From contig JACPIA010000011.1 in the NCBI GenBank assembly GCA_016188295.1, positions 3,993-67,992 of the forward strand: a DNA stretch of 64,000 bases, given 5' to 3'. The stretch is from Candidatus Vogelbacteria bacterium. Lineage in GTDB: Bacteria; Patescibacteriota; Minisyncoccia; Phycocordibacterales; XYD1-FULL-46-19. The first letter of the stretch is position 1, and the number at the start of each line of letters is the position of its first letter. A program made the translations under genes and the position numbers. Of the stretch, positions 18,888 to 29,433 are shown piece by piece. The notes under the pieces are model-generated. The model worked only from the letters and a program-made list of their open reading frames with translations, ran no database searches and was not told the DNA's origin.

Positions 18888-20261
18888 TTAAAAATTATCA
18901 CTCAGATCACCTAAAGTGACGCCTAATAACATTTTAGCAGATTGAAAGAGGCTGTCGGGGTTGTTAATATGCACTTCTAAATTAGCCACACCAGTTGAAC
19001 GACTGTTCTCAACTCCTAAACTAGGGCGATTATTACCAATCATCTCACCATTGAGGAACCAATTGTAATTTAAACCACCATCAATCACTAAATTTTGAGG
19101 AAAAAAGTACGGTACCACCCTAATAATTGATTGATTTTTAGTGAGAGTAAAGTTGGTTTGGAGAGCTTGAGCGTAATTGGGCCCAGTCAAAGCGCTCTCT
19201 TCATAAAACAACAATCGGGGTTTAGTAATGGGAATTAAAATAGTGTTATTAGCTCGGAGACTGCCATCGCGGTTCTCGACTGACACTGTGATTTCTTTAG
19301 TTCCGCCAATTGGCGCCTTAAAAGTATAAGTATCTTTACCAAGACCAGAAGATAAAGTCATAGTTTTACCATCATCGCTCCAGTTATAAACTAATTCTGT
19401 GGGCGGTAATTGACGCTTAGTTCGATCAATTAAGATCGGTAGGGCGGTCACTTGGCCAACGGATTCCAAGCTAATTGGCTTACCACCTAAATAGCCAGGT
19501 GGAGTGTAAGTGTCACCACGCCAGATCAAATCTACCTGAGTCGGGATAATCGAGATCGTTACTGTTTTAGTCGAGCTATTAACTGGTATGATTTGAGCTT
19601 TAACTATTACTGGGACACCAATTTTACCGGTTGTCAGACTCAAATGAGAATCGTTATTATTCAGGATTTTTTTGCCATCAATTTGCCAATTAACCTGCGA
19701 ACGCTCAAGGTCAAAAGAGTAACTGGTTAAATCAATAGTGGTTTGGGTGGCTGGTCCGGGGTCACGTGGAGTAATTCGGATCGTTAAGTCCGGAGTGGTG
19801 ATGATATTAGAATCTGCTAACACACTACTAACAGGCAGTAAACAAAGTAAAACAATCGCCACTTTTTTGATAATTTCTCTACCAATCATTTTGAGTTTAA
19901 CTGGGATTCGATTAGTTGGGTTCGCTGGAGCGGGATTAGCTTTTTCTCGATCTTCTTGGTCGGCTTGACGGATGGTTAAGTAAGTGCCGATTAAAAACCA
20001 AGGTAAAAAATTTAATATCGGCACTGCTTCCGCGAACCATGTACCAACGGTTTTTTTAAGCTGTCTAGTGCCGAATAATTTAACACTATTAAGTAAACAG
20101 ATAGAGCCAAAAATTAGATAATAAATTACAGATACCACAGTATTAATTATAGTACCAATCACCAATAACAGTAAAATAATTTGAATAATATCAGCCAAAG
20201 TCGCCACGGTGTAAAGAGTTATTCGGGTTAGCAAACTTAAACGATATTGAACCGGAGACAT
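18888..20261 (-). CDS. Membrane protein fused to a secreted Ig-like protein
   Basis: N-terminal TM domain (EAVPILNFLPW); internal Met at 19889 starts a second signal peptide; beta-rich Ig-like remainder. Confidence 0.6.
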   Translation of the reverse strand: MSPVQYRLSLLTRITLYTVATLADIIQIILLLLVIGTIINTVVSVIYYLIFGSICLLNSVKLFGTRQLKKTVGTWFAEAVPILNFLPWFLIGTYLTIRQADQEDREKANPAPANPTNRIPVKLKMIGREIIKKVAIVLLCLLPVSSVLADSNIITTPDLTIRITPRDPGPATQTTIDLTSYSFDLERSQVNWQIDGKKILNNNDSHLSLTTGKIGVPVIVKAQIIPVNSSTKTVTISIIPTQVDLIWRGDTYTPPGYLGGKPISLESVGQVTALPILIDRTKRQLPPTELVYNWSDDGKTMTLSSGLGKDTYTFKAPIGGTKEITVSVENRDGSLRANNTILIPITKPRLLFYEESALTGPNYAQALQTNFTLTKNQSIIRVVPYFFPQNLVIDGGLNYNWFLNGEMIGNNRPSLGVENSRSTGVANLEVHINNPDSLFQSAKMLLGVTLGDLSDNF

Positions 20262-20266
20262 AATAT

Positions 20267-22078
20267 TTACTGGCTGGTGGCTAAATCAACCTTTGATTGT
20301 TTGATCGCTAAGAGTTGTGACGGGTCCGAGGTGATGATCTGATCTTCGGTATAGGAGGCAATAATCTTAATGGCTACGTGTTTGAGGCCGGCAAAAAAAA
20401 TTCCTTCTCCCACATTAGACTCTAAGAGCAAGAATTTTTCCTCATCGGTTAAATTAAAAGTTTTTTGGACTAAATCAATGGAAGCTGGTGATTGCTTCAG
20501 TAATAATTGGATCGAAGAGTTAGTGATAATCGGTAAGCCATAAGGTGATTTAAGGAAGTCACCGACATCTTGAGTAATAGTAGCAATCCCTAAATAGTAT
20601 TTACGTCCGCGTTTAACCAAGGAAAAAAGGAACGAAGCGGTATCCTCCGTCTTCATCATCCACCATGCCTCGTCCACCACCATTAAGCGCTTTTTCAGAT
20701 TGCGACGGACGGCATTCCAAATATGATGCATCACCACATACATGGCTACTGGTTTAAGTTCATCCTCCATGTCTCGCACCGAGAAGACGACAAACTTTTT
20801 ATTAATATCCACATTGGTCGGCCGATTAATAAAACCAGACCATGAGCCTTGAGTGTATTTGAGCAAGCGTTGGGCCAACGATTCCCCGCCTTCCATTCCC
20901 GCAAGCACCAGCTCCAAGTCAGACAATAGCGGGGCTGGCTTGTTTGAAAAATCAGTATCCGGAGTAATATCTTTAAGGGCGTAAGTCTCACTAATAGCAC
21001 TATCAATAATCGAATCTTCTTCCGGAGTCAGGCCACCCAACATAATCCGGAACAAGCCCACTAAGTTGATAATATTGGAGCGCAAAATATCGGCTGGCGA
21101 TTCATCATCACGAGGGATCGGTAAATCAAACGGATTGATATGGTGCTCGGAAGTAAGTGAAATATTAAAATAACGTCCACCGACCGCCTCGCTTAAAAAC
21201 TCATACTCCCGCTCGGGATCGATGACAATCACATCAGTTTCAAACATTAAACTGCGCAAAATCTCAAGTTTAGTAGTGTAGGATTTACCGGCGCCCGATT
21301 TGGCAAAAATGACCGAGTTATAGTTTTCCAGTGAAAAACGATCAAACAAGACCAGCGAAGCGTTGTGACGATTAACGCCATAGAGAATCCCTTGATTAGA
21401 AGTAAGATCAAAAGAAATAAACGGGAACAGACTGGAAAGAGGTGACGAATTTAATTTGGAATTGATATTAAGCAAATCAAGACCAAGAGGAACCACACTC
21501 TTAAAACCATCTTCTTGTCGGAGAAAAGCCGGCTTTAAGTAAATTAATTTAGAATCTAAAATCGATTTAATGGTATTTTCCGTTTTAGATAATTCTTCCT
21601 CGGTATCCTCATAAATAGTGATGTAGAGACCCACGGAAAAAAGTTTTTCCCGAGCTTGTTGGAGTTGGTCGCGCAGGCTCTCGATGTCGCGATAAGCGAC
21701 ATCGAGTACGGGATCACGAACCAACCCCTTTTCTTCTCTAATCTGGACTTGACTTTGGACTTCAGCCACTTTTCTTTGTAAGTTGCGCAAAGCGCCAGCG
21801 GTATCGATCGGATGGACATAAATCGAGACATCAAACACTTTATCAAGATTGATGATTGGTGAAAACCAACCTTCACTTAAAAAGCGCGGGTATGAGATGA
21901 CAAAAAACGTACGCGCCACCTTTTCCCCCAAGTTAATGCTTTGGGAACTAATTTGCAGTGCCGCCGGAGCGATAATATCTTTTAACTCTAAGATCCCAGC
22001 CTGATATACATCGGCCGGTAAAATTGGTAAGACCGAGGTGTCGGTAACCGAGTTTAAAGTTTTTCTAAATAAAGCCAT
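20267..22078 (-). CDS. VirB4-like T4SS ATPase
   Basis: GILYGVN, AKSGAGKS, VIDPEREY, INPFD, VVDEAW, RKY..ITQDV. Confidence 0.93.
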   Translation of the reverse strand: MALFRKTLNSVTDTSVLPILPADVYQAGILELKDIIAPAALQISSQSINLGEKVARTFFVISYPRFLSEGWFSPIINLDKVFDVSIYVHPIDTAGALRNLQRKVAEVQSQVQIREEKGLVRDPVLDVAYRDIESLRDQLQQAREKLFSVGLYITIYEDTEEELSKTENTIKSILDSKLIYLKPAFLRQEDGFKSVVPLGLDLLNINSKLNSSPLSSLFPFISFDLTSNQGILYGVNRHNASLVLFDRFSLENYNSVIFAKSGAGKSYTTKLEILRSLMFETDVIVIDPEREYEFLSEAVGGRYFNISLTSEHHINPFDLPIPRDDESPADILRSNIINLVGLFRIMLGGLTPEEDSIIDSAISETYALKDITPDTDFSNKPAPLLSDLELVLAGMEGGESLAQRLLKYTQGSWSGFINRPTNVDINKKFVVFSVRDMEDELKPVAMYVVMHHIWNAVRRNLKKRLMVVDEAWWMMKTEDTASFLFSLVKRGRKYYLGIATITQDVGDFLKSPYGLPIITNSSIQLLLKQSPASIDLVQKTFNLTDEEKFLLLESNVGEGIFFAGLKHVAIKIIASYTEDQIITSDPSQLLAIKQSKVDLATSQ

Positions 22079-22084
22079 ATCTTA

Positions 22085-22708
22085 TTATACCGTCTCAGGG
22101 ATATTAACCTCGCCGGGATTAAAAGCCTTGAAGTAAAGCTCGACCAGTTCTTCGGTGCCCAAAAGCTCGACGCGGACCCCCAAGCGTCCCAAACCTTGAC
22201 GGACTACGTCGACTCTCTGCTCTAATTGATTGCGCTCCTCTTCAAACGCCAGGGTCTCCACCGTCTTAGCTGGTTGGCGTTTGAATAATTTAATCCACCA
22301 GCCTTGGCGATTTTGAATAATCGGTGGAGTGTAAGGGATGACCACAAAAAAACTTTTGGTCATAATATTATTATTCTCGGTAAAACTTTTAATAAATTCG
22401 ATATACTCTTGTGTCTGGACTTTAAGCAAGTCATTGGTTTGGCTTTTTAAGCGTTCTTCTAAAATACTGATGTAGGGGCGGATATCTAATCGGCGCGATT
22501 GAACAAATATTTGCAAGTAAAAATCCAGCGAATTAAGAAAGTTTTGGTATTGGAGCAATAGGCCTTGTTGTTCGTCACGGGACTTTAAAGCAAAATTAAT
22601 AGATGAGGCAATAAGTACAGCCCGTAGCGATCCATCTTTTAGTACCACGACGCCGTCGCGGACTTCTTCGATAGGGACAAATGATTGAGTGCTTTTAGGA
22701 GTGGTCAT
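22085..22708 (-). CDS. VirB4-associated protein (TraC/VirB4 N-terminal-like)
   Basis: SSINFALKS..EQ, FLNSLDF..QI, FFVVIPY; lies between PrgI and VirB4. Confidence 0.75.
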   Translation of the reverse strand: MTTPKSTQSFVPIEEVRDGVVVLKDGSLRAVLIASSINFALKSRDEQQGLLLQYQNFLNSLDFYLQIFVQSRRLDIRPYISILEERLKSQTNDLLKVQTQEYIEFIKSFTENNNIMTKSFFVVIPYTPPIIQNRQGWWIKLFKRQPAKTVETLAFEEERNQLEQRVDVVRQGLGRLGVRVELLGTEELVELYFKAFNPGEVNIPETV

Positions 22709-22712
22709 ATTA

Positions 22713-23114
22713 TTATTTAATCTTTTCCGTGATATCCAAACTCCAAGCTAAGTCGTGTAATTTGCTTTTTGATAATTTAGGGATGGTGGGCGCTAGTGGT
22801 TTAGTAGTTATTTGAGACGTTATTGTTTTGGGCGCCTCTTTTTTCCAGATGTAATTTTTACGAGCCAAGGCAAAATAGAGACCAGCTTCGAGTATCGCAA
22901 TGAAGGGCTGGTTATTGTACTTAAAAAAAGCCAGCGCCAGCCCTAGTCCGGCCACTGCCAGCATCGGGATAATTTTAATCGCAAAAGGTAAGGGTAAAGT
23001 ATAAACCAAAAAGGCCAATCCTCCCCCACCAGTCAAATAGATAAATTGTTTAAAAGTAAGGGGGCCAAAGACCTGATCCTCGACCTCGATAAATTGTGGG
23101 ACTTGAAAGTTCAT
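22713..23114 (-). CDS. PrgI family (VirB3-like) protein
   Basis: FQVPQFIEVEDQVFGPLTFKQF followed by two TMs. Confidence 0.88.
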   Translation of the reverse strand: MNFQVPQFIEVEDQVFGPLTFKQFIYLTGGGGLAFLVYTLPLPFAIKIIPMLAVAGLGLALAFFKYNNQPFIAILEAGLYFALARKNYIWKKEAPKTITSQITTKPLAPTIPKLSKSKLHDLAWSLDITEKIK

Positions 23115-23120
23115 AATTGT

Positions 23121-23567
23121 TTACTCGATCGATTCGCGATACGGATCATTTACCTGACGCACGGTCTCGGTGCGAGCCAGTGAGATTGGATGAGACAAGC
23201 GCTCTCGGAAAATAGGCTGATTAGGTGCGGGGACATTTGTTTTGGGTTCCGTTAAAGCTAAGAGCGACTCTCTAATTTTAGCAAAAATCTCAGCATTTAC
23301 CTCACTGGTAACTACCCGGGCCTCATCAGGGGTAAAACCGTACTCCTCACGGAGATTAATCGGTAAGCGATTAGGGTGGATTAAACCAAGTAAAATAAGC
23401 CCAACCTCATCAGCTAATCCTCCAATTTTGTCTAAATGAAGATTATGACGTAAGCCAATGGATTTAATGGTTTTGGCGGTGTCTAGAGAGTTAAAAACCT
23501 CCTGAATCTCCTCCGGTAATAATTTAAATTGGTTATTCAATTCTTCTGGAGTGTAAGTTTTAGACAT
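23121..23567 (-). CDS. Conserved hypothetical protein (C-terminal DPYRE motif)
   Basis: In operon; KLLPEEIQ..GLILLGLI..VNAEIF..DPYRESIE. Confidence 0.75.
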   Translation of the reverse strand: MSKTYTPEELNNQFKLLPEEIQEVFNSLDTAKTIKSIGLRHNLHLDKIGGLADEVGLILLGLIHPNRLPINLREEYGFTPDEARVVTSEVNAEIFAKIRESLLALTEPKTNVPAPNQPIFRERLSHPISLARTETVRQVNDPYRESIE

Positions 23568-23569
23568 AG

Positions 23570-26476
23570 TTACATTATTAATCCAGTAGTCTGGTCAACA
23601 TAAGCCGGGTTATTTATAAATTGATCAAATTGACCATTAACATTAGCGCGCAGAGGAGCGGTCTGGTTTATTGCCGCTCTTTGTAATTCTTGTTTAATCC
23701 GCAATATCACATCACCATTCATTTTGCGGCCAATATTTTTAAAGTCATCAATCGACAAGCCCGCTTGGTCAATCTTAGTTAACATTTGCGCGTTCTGAGT
23801 AAATAAGTTAACTGCTTCTGATTTATTGCCAGACACTAGGTTTGGTAGATGATCATTAATCGCTCCAACTAAAGTTTGTCGATCAGCGGTAGTGGCTTGA
23901 GCAATACTTCTTAATTCGGACAATGCTTGCTGAACTTGCGCTGGAGTAATTGGTGGAGTTTGGCCACTAGTCTGATTACTTCCCCCGGCACGATCGCTAC
24001 CATCTCTAATTGGAGTGGTATTAGTATTACCGATTTGATTAGTGTTACCAGTCGGATTAGTTTCTGTTGTTTGTGTAGTTGAAGTTGGTTTAGGAATACC
24101 CCAACTGGCTCTAGTGTTGCCGGCTCCAATTTCCTGATAAAGGGCATTATTTTGGTTTTGGATATAGTTACGCATCTGTTCCAATTGACTATGGTTGAGC
24201 TTATCACGAATGGCATTAATCTCACTGTAGTTTAGGGATTTTGCAACCACTGGATTAATTAGCGTGTCGATCTTAAAGTCTTTAAGATCGTTATTATTAA
24301 AGCCAGCCAAGGTCTCATTAACCGCTTTTTCGGTGGCATCAATTTTATCTTGAGTGGCCTTGTTGGCAACATTTTTACCATTTACCTTAACAACATTACC
24401 ACTGCTATCTTTTGCGTGTTCGTCTTTAATATTTCCTGCTTCATCAAATAGATCATTTACTGATTTAGTGGCGTTTTCAATAGTTTTGCCCGCTTTATCA
24501 ATTTTATCTTTTTTATCTTTCTTCTTCTTGTCCTCCTCCTCTTTTTCAACGTCTTTTAATTTTTTAGCATCTTCCGCCCGCTCTTTACCCGCTTTGCCTA
24601 AAAAGCCAATCCCTAAACCACTAGTAGTAGCAACAGTGTCGCTCGCATAACGAAGAGGGTGTAATATATTTTCCTTGATTGGTTTGGTGGTAGAAATAAC
24701 TTTTTTACCTAGATCGGTTTTAGCCAAATAATCACCGACTGGTTTTATTTTTTTATACGTTGTATCCACTAGTCGACCACCCGCTCCCCCAAGGAATGTT
24801 TTATCAGTTTTTGAGGCGACCGCACCAATTGCTCGGCCACCATAACCACCTGTTTTTCTAATCGTACCCCAGGCGGCCCCAGCACCCAAAGCGGTGATTC
24901 CCCCTGCTAGTGCCATGGCGCCAGTCGCGCCAATACCACCAATCTTTTTGGCAATGACTAGTGAATAGACCATAAAGCCGATTAAAATGATATAAGCAAT
25001 CAAGAGACGGAAAAAATCAAAACTAACACTACCAGTGCCATCAGCATCAACACGGGGCGCGCCTGTATTACTAATTGTAATAGCTTGAGCAATTTGAATG
25101 GTGATATAAAACATAATCATAAACACCGGCAACCAGACCGTTTCAGAAATTAACTTGTTCCACCAACCACCAGTTTCTTTTTTAAGAAAGTCTGGTAAAA
25201 TCATCGAACCAAAGGCAATTGGTGAGGTCATGATTAACATCAACAGGGTGATAATTCTCACTATCAACATAAAAGCCACCGTTAATAATACAAAGGCGGC
25301 TACTAACACTAGAATAATCTGCACAAATGAATCAAAAATGATCCGATAAGCTTCATATCGGCTAGTATTTTCATTTAGTCCAAATTGATTATTGGTATCG
25401 CCATTATAATCATTAAGACCCAGTGGCATTTTATCGATTAGTGCTCTAACTAAGTCAGGAGCCTTGGTAATGCTGGTATTGTTTGTTTGGCCGTTGATCG
25501 GAGTCATTCCACGATAAAAGGTTACCGATATCACATTGGTGGCATCAATGATTATTTTAGGGAAAATGGCGCTGAAGTTGATCAGCAGAGCGGCAATAAT
25601 GATATTAGTGATCATTTTTTTAGCATTAACTTCCGATCGGCGTAAAATGGTGCCAATGGCCACGTAAAGTAAAATAAAAATAAAAGCGATATTAAACAAA
25701 TCACGAATGATGGTCCAACCGATATTGATCGCGGTACCCAATGGGAAATATAATTTGTCACTGTTTCCTCCGGAAGTTTTAAGATACTCATGAAAATCTA
25801 TCACTGATAATTTTAATATGGCGTTAAATAATTCATTGGCCAAATACAGGATCCAAGCAAAAACAGATAAAACTATACGCATTAGGTAAGCCGTACCATA
25901 GAGTAGACAATCTTGGATCGTCCAACTAAGTATTCCGGAACACCGAAGCATATTATCCTTATTCCGGATCTCGGTTTCGTGATCACTAATACTACTAGTA
26001 AGGGTAGTCTGGTGATTAGTGGCAATTTGACGCTCGTTTTCCAAGAATCGTATTTGATTTTGCAGATACTCATTTTCTACCGCATCTTCGCTAGTCGATA
26101 AATCTAAACCAATTTGTTGATCCCTTAAGTTTTGGATTTGTTCGTCATAATTAGCCCATCCAACATAATCTCTGATTGCGTCTCTTTGGCGATAAAAGTT
26201 ACTGATGCCAGCACTGGTTGGGTATTTTTCATTAAGCCAATTATTAAAACTAGTGATAGTTTGACGAGAGCAACCATCCCGCCCAGTGTTTTGAGTGTCC
26301 CGACAAAATCTATCTAAATAATCTCGCCCATAATCTTGCCCAACCACCTGACTAGTGGTGTAATCGATCATTCCAGTACCACCTTGAGCATAAATAATTT
26401 GTGGTAGAGTTATTAAAAACAACACCATCAACAACCGTAATAACTGGCTATTTTTAATAGTAAAAAACTCTTTCAT
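23570..26476 (-). CDS. VirB6/TrbL-like polytopic membrane protein with long cytoplasmic tail
   Basis: GWTIIRDLFNIAFIFILLY, ALLINFS, LIVRI..SPIAF..WW; ATG 26476 overlaps the upstream TGA. Confidence 0.8.
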   Translation of the reverse strand: MKEFFTIKNSQLLRLLMVLFLITLPQIIYAQGGTGMIDYTTSQVVGQDYGRDYLDRFCRDTQNTGRDGCSRQTITSFNNWLNEKYPTSAGISNFYRQRDAIRDYVGWANYDEQIQNLRDQQIGLDLSTSEDAVENEYLQNQIRFLENERQIATNHQTTLTSSISDHETEIRNKDNMLRCSGILSWTIQDCLLYGTAYLMRIVLSVFAWILYLANELFNAILKLSVIDFHEYLKTSGGNSDKLYFPLGTAINIGWTIIRDLFNIAFIFILLYVAIGTILRRSEVNAKKMITNIIIAALLINFSAIFPKIIIDATNVISVTFYRGMTPINGQTNNTSITKAPDLVRALIDKMPLGLNDYNGDTNNQFGLNENTSRYEAYRIIFDSFVQIILVLVAAFVLLTVAFMLIVRIITLLMLIMTSPIAFGSMILPDFLKKETGGWWNKLISETVWLPVFMIMFYITIQIAQAITISNTGAPRVDADGTGSVSFDFFRLLIAYIILIGFMVYSLVIAKKIGGIGATGAMALAGGITALGAGAAWGTIRKTGGYGGRAIGAVASKTDKTFLGGAGGRLVDTTYKKIKPVGDYLAKTDLGKKVISTTKPIKENILHPLRYASDTVATTSGLGIGFLGKAGKERAEDAKKLKDVEKEEEDKKKKDKKDKIDKAGKTIENATKSVNDLFDEAGNIKDEHAKDSSGNVVKVNGKNVANKATQDKIDATEKAVNETLAGFNNNDLKDFKIDTLINPVVAKSLNYSEINAIRDKLNHSQLEQMRNYIQNQNNALYQEIGAGNTRASWGIPKPTSTTQTTETNPTGNTNQIGNTNTTPIRDGSDRAGGSNQTSGQTPPITPAQVQQALSELRSIAQATTADRQTLVGAINDHLPNLVSGNKSEAVNLFTQNAQMLTKIDQAGLSIDDFKNIGRKMNGDVILRIKQELQRAAINQTAPLRANVNGQFDQFINNPAYVDQTTGLIM

Positions 26477-29433
26477 CTTACAATAGTAGTTTCGACTTCG
26501 GCGGATTGGGTACCGTTGGTGCAACGGAGACGATACACTGGCGGTGCGGTGGTAATATCAATTTGACCAGTGCCAATCGAGGTTAATGAGGTGTAAGTAA
26601 AGCGGTACAAAGCAAAAGTGGGGTTGGCGCCAATTGCCGCTTTTAGTTTATCAATCATTGTGCTTACAGTATCGTTCTCGGCAACAGTGACACTAACACT
26701 GCTCGGAGTGCCACCGGCCGCCAGTTTAATAGTTATGACATCTCCCGTCACAATATCACTAGTCTGTAATGCCAAAGAGGCATTACCCCTTAGGCGATCA
26801 CCACTAATGCTTGGGGCAATAGTTAAATTAGACTCAGTTGTGTTTCGGGTTCGGGTAAAAGCGACCTCAAAAGTAAAAGGGAATTTAATACTCAATGAGC
26901 CATAGCGTTCAACTTCTTCACCACTGCGTTTAAGGACTTGGAGCGTGCCAGTGGCGCTTCCGGCCGAGAGCCAAGGATTGCCGGCCACACAACTGTCACC
27001 AATGATTAGCGACCAGTTGATTGTGGCGGTATTAGGCGCTGTACCGTTGGTAATATTACCTAAACTAGGTGAGGTAAAACGGATGCGAGCGGTGGGAGGA
27101 ATCAGGTTTAATAAATCACCAGGGTTGATATTAGGTAAATTACCACCCAGATTCGAACCACCATTGCCACCACCGAGGTGGAAGAAATTAATTAGGCCAT
27201 TGGCACGAGAGGCCCCCGGAGCGTTGAGAGTTTGGATGAGTTCAGTATTTGGTTCGGCGCCTTTAACTAAGTCGGTTTGTTCATCAACGCTGACTAATTT
27301 TTCAATCCGAGCTTCGTTAACCGACTCTAAATTAGCGCCAATAATTCGACCCGGGGTAACGGTGATCCATTTTACACAATTATTCTCTTGGTCGTACTTG
27401 TTACACTCTTTTTTAGGGGCAATACCTTGGCCGGCCAAGTATTCATCACGGGCATTTTGCTCGGCCGCCGCTTGACGCTGGCTTTGGATTGCTAAATTGT
27501 TTAACAGCGAGGAACTCGGATTGTTATTTTTAGTAAAATCGTGGAATTTGAGAAAGCGATCCCAAAAGGTTGCGGAGTCAAGCTGGTCCGGATTATTGAT
27601 TAGTTCTTGATATTCACTTCGACTTAAAGTTGATTGGTAAGGGTCATTCAACTCATCACCCTTTAGCGTTTTAAGGGTCTGTTTGCGAAAGGTGTCGCTC
27701 GAGCGTTCCAATTCAGCTAAGCCGATTTTCATAGCCTCCTCGCGCGCCTCCCTCACATAAGTGGCCGGATCTTTAACTAATTCATTTTTCTTAATAAAAT
27801 TAACCACTTGATTACCAATTTTATCGAGATTTTTAGCTGACTGTTCCGAAGCTTTGCGATCATCCACTAATTCTTTTTTCTGCATATCGGCGGCGATTTT
27901 TTTAGCTGTCTCGGTATCGGCACAATTTTTGTTTTCGAGATCTCTGATTTTTTTAGTATCGATACTGATGCCACTCTGATCATTAACCAATGCGTCCGTC
28001 GGTACTCGGGCGAATGGTAGAATGTTTATTACTTGATCAATTGCACCATTAACAAAATCATTTACTCGTTGAGTAATACGATTGGAGAGTTCGGTGATGG
28101 GACTTAATACTCGATCCATCATATCGCTTAAACCATCAGCAAAGGGTTGGACCACACTATCAACCAAGCCATCCATAGCGGAGGTAAAGGGCTCGGTAAT
28201 GCTATTAACTAAGCCACCAGTGATTGCTACGATCGGTTCAGTTATTAAATTGACCATACCGCCAATCGCGGCGTTTATTGGGTTAGCGACGGCCGAGAGG
28301 GCGGTGGTCATCGTATCGGAGACCGCTTGGGAGATTGGAGCACTAATTTGAGCCACTACTTCATTAATAGTGTTGTCCAAGCTGGTTAAGGCGATATCGG
28401 AGAGTTCGTCACCCAAGTCGGCCAGCTCATCGCTTAGCGAATCTGCCAATTGATTGCTAGCCGAATTTATTGATTCTCTAAATTCTTGTTGAGAAAAAAT
28501 GATGTTTAATTGCTGGGACAAAATATCCTCCATTTGGCCGGCGATTTCATTGCTAAATTGACCAAACATCGGATTATTTTCAATAGAATCTCCGATTAAG
28601 TTAATTGATCCGTTTAATAATTCATCTCGGAATTGTCCGGCATTGCCTATTAAAATACCTAATTGATTGCGACCTTGAGCTGAAAGAGGTTCGTCATTCA
28701 AATCATCAATGGTGTCGTCAATAGCATCATTAAACTCATCTAACAATTCACCACGAATGTCGGTCGTTAAACCACTGTTCGGATCACGCAGGGCTCCTTG
28801 CAAGATACCTGGTCCCAAGGTACGGAAGTCGTTACTTAAAACTCGCGGTAATTCTCGTTGTAGGCCGTTAAGCAAAATAATCGGTAACTGTTGTTGAATA
28901 ATCGCTCTAATAATGTCTGGGCCAATGTCTTGCGGATCAACCCCTTGATTAATTAAACCGGCAATTTGCGTGGTTAGTTCACGGGTAATACCCTCTGTCA
29001 CTACTTGATTAACCACATCAGGCATACGCTCATTTAAAATACCAGCAAATTGTTCCGGTAATTGCTCTAATAAAGCACCTTCGATAATTTCCGGTAAGCG
29101 CTCTTGGAGCACCCCTTGTAATTTACCAGCCAAACCATCAAAATATTTACTACCCTGACATTTTTGTTTGTCTTTACTGCGATTTTGCTGGAGCTGGCTG
29201 GAGGCTTGATTGCTACCGCTGTTGTAATTATCGGGAACCAATTCCCGATCCTGATTAGGATCGCCATCATAGGTGATATTGTCTCCAGTAACGGTATTAT
29301 TCCAAACACCAGAATCTTCAGTTTCTACAAACACTGCCGCTTGAGTAATGACTGGCAACAAATTTACTACCAACAACAGCCAAGCGATATTAAATTTAAT
29401 TTTGTGAGGTTGAAGTGGCATAAGTAGTATCAT
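26473..29433 (-). CDS. Large secreted T4SS-associated protein with helical repeats
   Basis: Signal peptide, 12-aa and 15-aa Pro-punctuated repeats, AGQG..C..C..VTPG motif, beta-rich C-terminus. Confidence 0.7.
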   Translation of the reverse strand: MILLMPLQPHKIKFNIAWLLLVVNLLPVITQAAVFVETEDSGVWNNTVTGDNITYDGDPNQDRELVPDNYNSGSNQASSQLQQNRSKDKQKCQGSKYFDGLAGKLQGVLQERLPEIIEGALLEQLPEQFAGILNERMPDVVNQVVTEGITRELTTQIAGLINQGVDPQDIGPDIIRAIIQQQLPIILLNGLQRELPRVLSNDFRTLGPGILQGALRDPNSGLTTDIRGELLDEFNDAIDDTIDDLNDEPLSAQGRNQLGILIGNAGQFRDELLNGSINLIGDSIENNPMFGQFSNEIAGQMEDILSQQLNIIFSQQEFRESINSASNQLADSLSDELADLGDELSDIALTSLDNTINEVVAQISAPISQAVSDTMTTALSAVANPINAAIGGMVNLITEPIVAITGGLVNSITEPFTSAMDGLVDSVVQPFADGLSDMMDRVLSPITELSNRITQRVNDFVNGAIDQVINILPFARVPTDALVNDQSGISIDTKKIRDLENKNCADTETAKKIAADMQKKELVDDRKASEQSAKNLDKIGNQVVNFIKKNELVKDPATYVREAREEAMKIGLAELERSSDTFRKQTLKTLKGDELNDPYQSTLSRSEYQELINNPDQLDSATFWDRFLKFHDFTKNNNPSSSLLNNLAIQSQRQAAAEQNARDEYLAGQGIAPKKECNKYDQENNCVKWITVTPGRIIGANLESVNEARIEKLVSVDEQTDLVKGAEPNTELIQTLNAPGASRANGLINFFHLGGGNGGSNLGGNLPNINPGDLLNLIPPTARIRFTSPSLGNITNGTAPNTATINWSLIIGDSCVAGNPWLSAGSATGTLQVLKRSGEEVERYGSLSIKFPFTFEVAFTRTRNTTESNLTIAPSISGDRLRGNASLALQTSDIVTGDVITIKLAAGGTPSSVSVTVAENDTVSTMIDKLKAAIGANPTFALYRFTYTSLTSIGTGQIDITTAPPVYRLRCTNGTQSAEVETTIVR

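Noticed and set aside
26618-29427. Several plus-strand ORFs up to 176 aa
   Set aside because: Antisense shadows of the 986-aa gene
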